Assembly (NCBI GenBank): GCA_001275005.1
Contig: JWZX01002886.1
Coordinates: forward strand, 1-43,195
Length of the DNA: 43,195 nt
Reading direction: 5' to 3'
Source: Chrysochromulina tobinii
Lineage: Eukaryota
A program made the position numbers and the translations under genes. The notes below the pieces were generated by a model. It ran no database searches, was not told where the DNA came from, and worked only from the letters and a program-made list of their open reading frames with translations. This document shows, one piece after another, positions 1 through 7,851 of this stretch (its first letter is position 1; every line of letters starts with the position of its first letter).

Positions 1-1841
1 GGCGGATGCGGGCATGCTCGCCGTGGGAGTGGGCGGCGCCGCCGCGCCTGCCGATGCAGTACCCAACGCGCCCGCGCCCGCGATGGCGCCTGTGGTGGAT
101 GCGCCGAAGACTCTGGTGACCACGCTCGGGCTGCGCGGGCCCGCGGCTCTGGTGCTCGCGGAGATGATGCATGAGCACCCGCAGCTGCACATGCAACTCA
201 GCTCAACGTGGGATGCGATCGTGCGCCACCTTGGGCCGTCGCCCACCGAGCGGCTGCTGCATGCAATCGGCGAGCTCGTCAACCTATGCCTGGCGCAGCC
301 CCCGTGCACCAACAGCGTGCCGTCGAGCGTCACGCAAGCCCTCGCCGCCATCGACGCCGCCTTTGGCCTCAGTGGCACCGAGGCGGCGCCCATGGACACG
401 AGCAGCGACGCGGACGGTGGCGGCGCGCCCGCGTCGCTGCCGTTGGCGCTGCGCTCGGAGGTCGCGCGCGCCTTGCTGGGCGCGCCGCCCAGCTTGCTGA
501 CAGAGCTCCTCGCGACTCTAAGCGGCGTGCGCGCGCGCCTTGAGGCGGAGCTCTCGTCGGCCCACGGCGCGCCTGCGCTCGCAGCGCCTCGAGACGAGCT
601 GCTGGCCGTTGGCCATGCTGCAGCAGCCCCTCATGGAGGTGCCCGCACAGTACGCGTGCCAGGAGCGCTCGCCAGCGCTCGACCAGCACGCGCTCGTCGA
701 GCGCTTCCAGGCGGCCGTCGGCGTGCACCTCGACAGGGCGAGCGGCGAGACAACGCGCATCATCACGCTGCGTGCCGACGACGGCACATCGCACTCGTTT
801 GCGCTGCGCCGTGCGCCGCTCCGCCGCCCGCACGCGCCGCTCGGCCACGAGAGAATGGGGCAGCTCGCGCGCCTGCTCAACGCGCGTCTGCTGGGCGCAC
901 GCGAAGCGCGCCGGCGCTCGCTCGTGGTGCACGTACCCGCGTGCGTGCGGCTCGGCGGCGGCCTCTCGCTCGTCGCGTCTGGCGCCGTGCCTCGCCTCTC
1001 GCTCACCTCGGCGCTTGCGCTCAGCTCGGCGCTCGCGGGTGCCCAATCCGACGCGTCGCAATCATTGCAATCAGTGCACGCAACGGCGCTCGCTCACCAG
1101 CGCGCCCTTGCGCGTGCGCCGCCCGCCGAGGAGCCGAGGGCACGGCAGGAGCGTCTGCGCGAGGCCTTCCAGGATGCCATCAGCGCCACGCCCGAAGACG
1201 CCCTCTCGCGCGCGCTGTATGGGTGCGCGCCGTCCGCGGGCGTGCTGTGGGACCTGCAGCGGCGCATCACGTCGCAGCTCGGCCTCCATGCACTCCTCAC
1301 GCACGCGCTCCAGCTGAGTGCCACGCTGCCCGAGACCATCGTCCTCCGGCGCGACACGGGCGCCGTCGAGCTGCTCGAGTTCACGTCCTTCGGTGCGGGC
1401 GCGTCGCCGAAGGACGTGATGCCCATCGACGAGGTGCCCTTCCGACTCACTCGCACGCTGCAGCAGTTCATCACGCCCCTTGGCATCGACGGACCCTTTT
1501 CGGGCGCCTTCTGCGCGGCCGCCGAATGCCTCGCCAACCAGAACAAGTGCCCGCTGCCTCAGTGGCTCGACGCGCTCGCCCGGCGTGAGGGCGGCCCGAG
1601 CGGCGGAGACCCTGACGACACGGCTAGCGCGGCGCTCGCGCAGGGCCTCGTGCCATGGGGCTGTTCGGGCCTCAAGGCCGCCGAGCGCGTGCAGAACCTC
1701 TCGCCTGTGCTGCTCGCGCGCAGCGCCGCGGGCAATCGCCCGATGGCCGACGTGCACGCCAAGGTGCGCTCGCTCATCGATGCGGCCACCAACACGGACA
1801 ACCTATGCGCGATGCCGTCGGGGTGGATGGCGTGGCTTTAA
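1..1841 (+). CDS. TRRAP: TRRAP/Tra1 (PIKK-family pseudokinase), C-terminal part; 5'-truncated by the window edge, with an apparent frameshift at about 560-580
   Basis: ORF 540..1841 has Tra1-like segments (MEVPAQY, RIITLRADDG, EVPFRLTRTLQQFITPLGIDGPF) and ends in a FATC-like tail (IDAATNTDNLCAMPSGWMAWL, TAA 1839-1841). No canonical kinase catalytic motifs are visible. The upstream protein-like sequence is in the frame of ORF 14..1588 up to about LEAELSSAHG. Confidence 0.8.
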
Positions 1842-2061
1842 TGGGCGTGACGCTGACTGGCTGAAAGGTGCCGGGCGGCGAGAGGGAAAGGAGGGCGCGT
1901 TGTTTGGCTAATAAATTGTACCTACCGGTATGCAGGCTGATTCTCGACCACTCGACGGAGTCTGCGATATTACACAGTGCGACCGAGGCATGATTGTGCT
2001 GATAGAGTTGTACCATGATGACCACTATGTCTCCTCATAGCCCAGCACACGCAATCATAGA

Positions 2062-5000
2062 TCACACACTAAACTCCCCCAGCTTGCTCCACTCCACCGT
2101 CGCGTTGAAGCCGGATGCGAGGTCGTCGATTGGGAGCAGGAGATTACGATCGTTGTTTGAGATCTCGAAGACAAGGAAAACCTCCTCTTCGTTGGGCAAA
2201 CCCGCGCCGCCAAGGATTTCTCCCACGACAACGATTGGCGGCGAGTAGCCCTCGAAGTGGTCGTAGGAGTAGTTGCCGAGCTCAGCAGATTCGAAGAGTG
2301 AGGCGAGGGTGCCACCGCTCGCGTCGCTCAGGAGCACACGGACGGTCGACGCCTTCTTTTGCTCGCCGGCGCCTGGCGTGTACCCGGCCGCGTAGCGGAA
2401 GCTCAGGCTCACCTTCTGGATGAGGTAGCCGGGCGCGAGCATTGGATGTGCAAAGGTGATGCGCCCCACAGGATGGCTGTCCACGGAGCCCGGGTCGCCG
2501 CTGCGGAGGTTGGTTCCGCTGCACAATGAGTCCCTCGGGCCACCAGAGACCCCCGAACCGCCCCCATACAAGAAGTCTGACGCCGACAACGAGGGGACGG
2601 TGGCACACCAGCGTCCGGCGCCAGTACACTCGTGGGCTCGTGTGCTACGGCCCGTCGGGGTGATAGGGGGCACGGTCAGCGCCCCCAAGCTGGCTTCGCT
2701 CCACCGCGGCGCTGCATGCACATGCCCGTCGTGTTGGTGGTGGTGATGATGATGGTGGTGGGCAGGGACCAGCTTCATCCACTCGACCGTCGCGTTGAAG
2801 CCGGATGCGAGGTCGTCGATTGGGATCTGCAAGTTGCGATCGTGGTTTGAGATCTCGAGGACCAAGAAGACGAGCTCTTCGTTGGGCACCTTGAGGGAGC
2901 TTGCACTGAGAACGATTGGGGGCGAGTAGCCCTCGAAGTGGTCGTAGGAGTAGTTGCCGAGCTCGGCAGATTCGAAGAGTGAGGCGAGGGTGCCACCGCT
3001 CGCGTCGCTCAGGAGCACACGGACGGTCGACGCAGTGATGTTCGCGCCGGGGCCTGGAGTGTAGCCCGCAGAGTAGCGGAAGCGCAAGCTGATCTTGTCG
3101 ATGAGGTAGCCGGGCGCGAGCATCGGATGGTCAAAGGTGACGCGGCTCACGCCTCCCGGGTTGCCGCTGCGGATGTTGGGCCCGCTGCACGCGGCGTCTC
3201 TCGGGCCATCTGAGCTGCTTGAGCCACCGCCATACGAAAAGTCCGCAGCTGACATGGAAGGAATGACGGCGCCGTCAGCAGAGAAGGGAACGGTCTTTAG
3301 CTCCGTGTCGAAGTACACCGTGTAGCGCTCGTCGACGATCGTGTGCAGCGGCACGAGCATCAACTTGGAGCCCACCAGCACGCGGCTCAGCGGCAGTGCC
3401 GATGCGTTGCCCCGCGCCGTCGCGGGCGCGGGCGCATACAGCCGGCCAAGGCCCTCGAATTCGAGCGCAGTGGAGGAGGTGCGCGCCAGGAAGGTGCTCG
3501 GAGTGGTTGCATTGCCGTCGGGCACGAACCAGCGCGAGTCCGTCAGGCCCACGAGCACCAGCGGACCGTACGTGTACGCCATCGTGGCGTTGAATGCATC
3601 GCGATCGTCCTCAAGCCTCGAGAGACCAAATCCGATCGGGAAGCGCGCAACGACCGTGTCGCCCTCGGCCCATGCCCGTTCGATGCGCAGGTAGTTCCCC
3701 GCGAAGGTTCCCGGATCCTCATGCACGACCTGGCCGTTGACGAGCACGACGTTGGGTCCGAGCGTTGCCCAGCCCGGCACGCGCAGGTATATCACGAAGC
3801 GGCCCAGCGCCCTCGTCCCCTCAACAAGAGCGCTTTCGGTGGCGTCGAGGGTGCCAATCGTGATCGTGGTCGTCGTGCGAGGGTCCACAGGAAAGGTGGT
3901 GCTTTGAGTCACGGAGACACCGCCGGCGGCAAATTGGAGCTTCGACGCAACGAACAGGTTGACGTACAAAGCGGGCGGGTCGTGCAGGCCGAGAGGCGAC
4001 TGGAAGTAGATCGAGTCTGCGAGCTTCGCGAGCTGCTCTGACAGGGTGCCCCAGCAGCATGGAAAGTCGCGCTGCGAGTTGCCCCATGGCTTGGTCATGC
4101 CGGTACCACCAAGCGGCAGCATGTAGATGAACGACGTCGAGGCGGCATCCCGCTTCTGGTTGCCCACGATGCCGTTGAGCATCGCTTTCTCGTAGAAGTC
4201 GGCAAGGCTGACATTGGCCGACCACATGAACAGATGGCGCGCCACCTTGAGGATGTTGTACTGCGTGCAGCTCTCCTCCGTGTCCTCATCGAGGGAATCG
4301 CCCATCCGATGCGCCGCTCCCCAGTACTCGTGGTCATTGGAGCCGCCCGTCACCCACGAATGGTTGCGCGTCACCGCCTCCCAAAACTGGAGAGCGATCG
4401 CCTTGTCGGTGGCGTTCTCCGAGAGCTCGTACGCGACCGCGTTGCCAAGGACCTCCGGGATGTGGGTGTTCGCGTGCTGGCCTCCGATGGCATCGATGCC
4501 ATTCGCCAGGGGGGCTGACCAGGACCAGTGGTTGAAGAGGCGCCCCGTGCGCAGGTGCTCCGGGTCGCCCGTCACCGCATACAGGTTGAAGAGGACTTCG
4601 TTCATTCCCCCCCACTCGGTGTTGAGCACGCTCTGCCACAGATTCTGACCACCCGAAGCGATCGTCGAGTCGGCTTGCCTCGCGACCCAGCTCGCCATGC
4701 GGAGCAGCATCTGGAAGGCCGTGGCATCGTTCGTTTGCGTATGCAGGTCGAGGAGCCCTGCCATCATCTTGTGGAGCGTGTAGTAAGGCACAGAGTAGAT
4801 GCCGCAGAGGTGGCTTTTGCAACCGGCAGAGAGGGTGTGCAGGTAGTGGAAGACGATTGGGTCATATGGGAAGAGGTACCCATCGTGCTCGTCTCCGTAC
4901 TTGGCCTTCCATGCGTCCATAGTCGCCTCCAAAGCGGTGACGATGGAGGCGACCTTGGCACGGACCGAGGCATCACGGGTGCCATTAATTAGGAATGCAG

Positions 5001-5331
5001 TCGCGCTCAGCCAGTGCCCGAGGTAGTGCCCGTAGTAGCCGCCGAGGCTCATCTGTCCAGGGAGCGGGTTGCAAATGGGGCGGTTCTCACCTCCTGGGGA
5101 AGGACAGTTGCCACCCTGGCACTTTGTGAGGTTTGCCGCAGACGTGTATTGGCAAAGGAGTTGTGATGAATTTATTCCAATAACGAACGCGAGGTTCCGT
5201 GCTTGGGCAATGCCAAACAAGCCACTGGCATCTAGTGAGACGTCGGACAGCGAAAATGGCACTGCAGCCAGCGAGATTGAGCCGGGCTTGGTCAGCATTG
5301 CCAAGGTCGAGAGAAGCAACATTTCGGACAT
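2062..5331 (-). CDS. Secreted glycoside hydrolase, GH127/GH146-like (beta-L-arabinofuranosidase, DUF1680 type), with two C-terminal repeats and a His tract
   Basis: Uninterrupted 1089-aa ORF with a hydrophobic N-terminus. Motifs GHYLGHWLSA, PYYTLHKMMAGLLD, EWGGMNE, HANTHIP, EESCTQYNILK, YEKAMLNG, FPCCWGT, LRVPGWA and YGPLVL are typical of DUF1680/GH127 proteins. Confidence 0.85.
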   Translation of the reverse strand: MSEMLLLSTLAMLTKPGSISLAAVPFSLSDVSLDASGLFGIAQARNLAFVIGINSSQLLCQYTSAANLTKCQGGNCPSPGGENRPICNPLPGQMSLGGYYGHYLGHWLSATAFLINGTRDASVRAKVASIVTALEATMDAWKAKYGDEHDGYLFPYDPIVFHYLHTLSAGCKSHLCGIYSVPYYTLHKMMAGLLDLHTQTNDATAFQMLLRMASWVARQADSTIASGGQNLWQSVLNTEWGGMNEVLFNLYAVTGDPEHLRTGRLFNHWSWSAPLANGIDAIGGQHANTHIPEVLGNAVAYELSENATDKAIALQFWEAVTRNHSWVTGGSNDHEYWGAAHRMGDSLDEDTEESCTQYNILKVARHLFMWSANVSLADFYEKAMLNGIVGNQKRDAASTSFIYMLPLGGTGMTKPWGNSQRDFPCCWGTLSEQLAKLADSIYFQSPLGLHDPPALYVNLFVASKLQFAAGGVSVTQSTTFPVDPRTTTTITIGTLDATESALVEGTRALGRFVIYLRVPGWATLGPNVVLVNGQVVHEDPGTFAGNYLRIERAWAEGDTVVARFPIGFGLSRLEDDRDAFNATMAYTYGPLVLVGLTDSRWFVPDGNATTPSTFLARTSSTALEFEGLGRLYAPAPATARGNASALPLSRVLVGSKLMLVPLHTIVDERYTVYFDTELKTVPFSADGAVIPSMSAADFSYGGGSSSSDGPRDAACSGPNIRSGNPGGVSRVTFDHPMLAPGYLIDKISLRFRYSAGYTPGPGANITASTVRVLLSDASGGTLASLFESAELGNYSYDHFEGYSPPIVLSASSLKVPNEELVFLVLEISNHDRNLQIPIDDLASGFNATVEWMKLVPAHHHHHHHHQHDGHVHAAPRWSEASLGALTVPPITPTGRSTRAHECTGAGRWCATVPSLSASDFLYGGGSGVSGGPRDSLCSGTNLRSGDPGSVDSHPVGRITFAHPMLAPGYLIQKVSLSFRYAAGYTPGAGEQKKASTVRVLLSDASGGTLASLFESAELGNYSYDHFEGYSPPIVVVGEILGGAGLPNEEEVFLVFEISNNDRNLLLPIDDLASGFNATVEWSKLGEFSV
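2089..3260 (-). repeat. Intragenic direct duplication of a ~165-aa domain (copies at about 2089-2590 and 2779-3260)
   Basis: Both copies share FxHPMLAPGYLI, LxFRYxAGYTPG, ASTVRVLLSDASGGTLASLFESAELGNYSYDHFEGYSPPIV and IDDLASGFNATVEW. Nucleotides 2240-2352 match 2921-3033 with one mismatch. Confidence 0.95.
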
Positions 5332-5477
5332 CGTTCACAGAGACATTGACTGTGAAAAAATTTCGTAAACAGCCCCGAATCTCGAGACAGTCGACTTCGC
5401 GCGCATCGGCTGCACATGCCCGGAAATTTCGCATCTAGGAATCTACCGGTAAGTCCGGGCATGCCGCGACGAAACAC

Positions 5478-6065
5478 ATGCCGCCCCTCCACGACTCCTC
5501 GTATGACCAAAATCGGCGTGTTGGCGGTGCCGACGACGCCAGCACTGGCGGTGCACCCTTTCGGCCACGGCTAGGCGCCACGATTGAACTCTTTGGCCAT
5601 CAGGTCACGCTGGGTGCCGAGCACGCGCTCGGCATGCTTGCTGCCTATTATGCTGCTGGGCTCGAGGGAGTGCTTGCCATAGTAGCCCTGTACCTCGGCT
5701 TCCTCTTTCTTCGACTCTCCGGACCAACCGGCGTTCCTGGACCAGCTTCGACAGCGCCAGCGCAGAGGCCTCGGCGGCAGAGGCAGCCCGGGCTTTGGGG
5801 CGCAATCATGCACATCTTCGGACCTCTGCCAGAGGGCTCCGCGGTGACCATCGGCCATCTGGGCCAAGAGGCCGACACATCCTCCGCAGGGCAACAGGTG
5901 GTGGGAGCCACAGCCGTTCGCAGCGGGCCTCTGACGACTCCGGCCACCACGGCAAAGGTAAGTGAGCCGTTCGACGAGGCGAAGGTCAAGGCCACCCGCG
6001 AGGCTGCGGCCCGTGCGGCGGCGGCACGCTTTGAGGTGTTGCAAAGGAGCAAGTCAGAATCGTGA
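5478..6065 (+). CDS. Hypothetical small membrane protein with a candidate C-terminal VCP/p97-interacting motif
   Basis: 195-aa ATG-initiated ORF. Hydrophobic stretch ALGMLAAYYAAGLEGVLAIVALYLGFLFL. REAAARAAAAR fits R-x5-AA-x2-R. Confidence 0.55.
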   Translation: MPPLHDSSYDQNRRVGGADDASTGGAPFRPRLGATIELFGHQVTLGAEHALGMLAAYYAAGLEGVLAIVALYLGFLFLRLSGPTGVPGPASTAPAQRPRRQRQPGLWGAIMHIFGPLPEGSAVTIGHLGQEADTSSAGQQVVGATAVRSGPLTTPATTAKVSEPFDEAKVKATREAAARAAAARFEVLQRSKSES

Positions 6066-6343
6066 TTATGCACGCCATTGGAAGGCTGAGGAGATTGCGC
6101 GTTGCAAAGCTTACGAAGCTACGAAACAGCCCAGCAGCCACGCGCAGTGTCGAGTCACACATCTTGATATTTCGATGGTCTAAAGGTCGTGCCTGTGATG
6201 TGCCCAAGAGAAAGAGACGATGGAACGACTGTCTCCACGCTCCACTTCGGAGATACGCACGTTTTGTTTCGTCAAACTGCGCTCTCGAGGGGGAACGGCC
6301 ACAGTCGCCACGGACATCATCGATTGCTTCATCGAATACTTCA

Positions 6344-7607
6344 ATGGCGCGCTCCGTCGCCCTGATCGCCGTGCTGCTCGCCGCCGTGGCTACGGCAGCC
6401 ACCCCACCCAAGCCATCGCTCGCCGTGCGCCGCACCGGCGTCGTTGAGAATTGCGGCGGCCGCTCGATGCTGGTCAGCGCCAAGGTGCTCTTTCGAGACT
6501 GAACTCAGAGCCCCCTGCCCTAAAATCTGCCTGCTGAAAACATCGCATCGCTACCCGTTCCGGCAGCCGAAAGACGTGCCCGCGCCCGCGTCCGCTGCCA
6601 AGTTCGACATTTCTCTGATGCTGTACTTCCTTTTCTGGTACGTGGGCAACGCTGTCTACAACATGTACAACACGATGGCGCTCAAAGCGGTTGGAGGCAA
6701 GCACGGGGGGCTCACCATGACCGTGTCGACGCTGCAGCTCGGCGTGTGCTCTCTCTATGCTGCCCTGCTCTGGCTGAGCAACTTCAACCCGATCACGCTC
6801 CTCGGGCTCCAGAAGCCTGAGAAGATGCCGCTGCCGCAGACGACTGCCGCGGACATTGTCGACACCCTCCCTGTGGGCTTCTGCGCCGCCGCGGCGCACT
6901 CGGCGGGCGTCTTCTGCCTCGGCGCCGACCCGCTCTTTGGGCAGATTGTCAAGGCAGGCGAGCCGGTGCTCTCGGCCTTCGTCAACACCGTCTTCTACGG
7001 CAAGCCGCCGTCGTTCGCCAAGGTGGTCTGCCTCTTTTTCATCGTCGCTGGTGTCGGCTTCGCCTCGCTCAAGAAGGACCTCAAGACGGGGGTTTACAAC
7101 CTCAAGTTTGACGAGCGCGCGCTCATCTTCGGCATGATCGGCAACTGCTTCGCCGCCTTCAAGGGCTCGGAGAACAAGAAGCTGATGATCAAGCCAGGGC
7201 TCAAGGACCGCATGGGTGGCGTCGCCAATCAGTTCGCGCTCACTGAGGTGCTCGGCTTCCTGATCTCGCTCCCCGTCATGTTGGCCACCGAGTGGAAGAA
7301 CCTGCCCAAGTTCTGTAAGCTGCTCGTGAGCAATAAGGACCTGCAGATCGGCCTTGTGGTCTCGGGCATGGCCTTCTACCTGTACAACGAGCTTGCGACT
7401 ATGACGATCAAGAAGACGGGCGCCGTCACTGCCTCTGTCGCCAATACGGCCAAGCGTGTCTTCGTCCTCGTCTTCATGTCCGCGGTCACAGGCAAGAAGC
7501 TCACCACCGAGCAGAAGATCGGCGCCGCCATCGCGATCGCGTTCGTGATGCTGTATTCGGTTATCGACAGCCTGGTGAAGAAGTTCCAGGAGAAGAACGT
7601 CAAGTAA
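6344..7607 (+). CDS. Triose-phosphate/phosphate translocator (TPT, DMT superfamily) with N-terminal signal peptide; exons 6344-6484 and 6567-7607
   Basis: Motifs YFLFWYVGNAVYNMYN, QIVKAGEPVLSA, FYLYNELA and TASVANTAKRVFVL, with many TM helices. Signal peptide MARSVALIAVLLAAVATA. Removing an 82-nt GT-AG intron (6485-6566, AAG|GTGCTC...CGGCAG|CCG) joins the two frames exactly. Confidence 0.88.
6485..6566 (+). other. Spliceosomal intron (82 nt, phase 0) in the TPT gene
   Basis: GT donor after AAG and CAG acceptor. It contains an in-frame stop for the exon-1 frame, and its removal restores the frame. Confidence 0.8.
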
Positions 7608-7708
7608 CCTTCTCACAGGGCCATTCTCGTTTGGCCGGACCGCTGGGGACAGGAGAGGTTTGCTGGGTTTGAATTTCAGAAGTGGGCCAGTGCTGCACAG
7701 CACGACTG

Positions 7709-7851
7709 CCGGATGATGCGGACGGGAGCTGTTTTGCCTCCGGAGAGGGCCCCATCCCCTCTCTCCGGAGGGCAAATAGCTCCGGCATCCGGAGGGGCAT
7801 TTCTCCGAGAGAGGGCACTGGAGCTTCTTGCCCCTCTCGTGCCCGCATCAT
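7709..7851. other. Strongly self-complementary intergenic or 3'UTR element (nested inverted repeats)
   Basis: 7725-7747 pairs with 7761-7783 (about 23 bp, near-perfect). 7792-7799 pairs with 7829-7836. 7713-7721 pairs with 7843-7851. Confidence 0.6.

Noticed and set aside
600..1588. C-terminal two-thirds of ORF 14..1588 as a real protein
   Set aside because: Arg/Ala-rich shadow frame overlapping the recognisable TRRAP frame.
6063..6300. TGA stop of the membrane protein as selenocysteine (SelS/SelK-like)
   Set aside because: Read-through gives only U-LCTPLEG with no redox motif, and I could not see a convincing SECIS stem-loop downstream.
6474..7775. 433-aa antisense ORF opposite the TPT gene
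   Set aside because: A typical antisense open frame from high GC3; no recognisable motifs. The same applies to most overlapping ORFs in the track.
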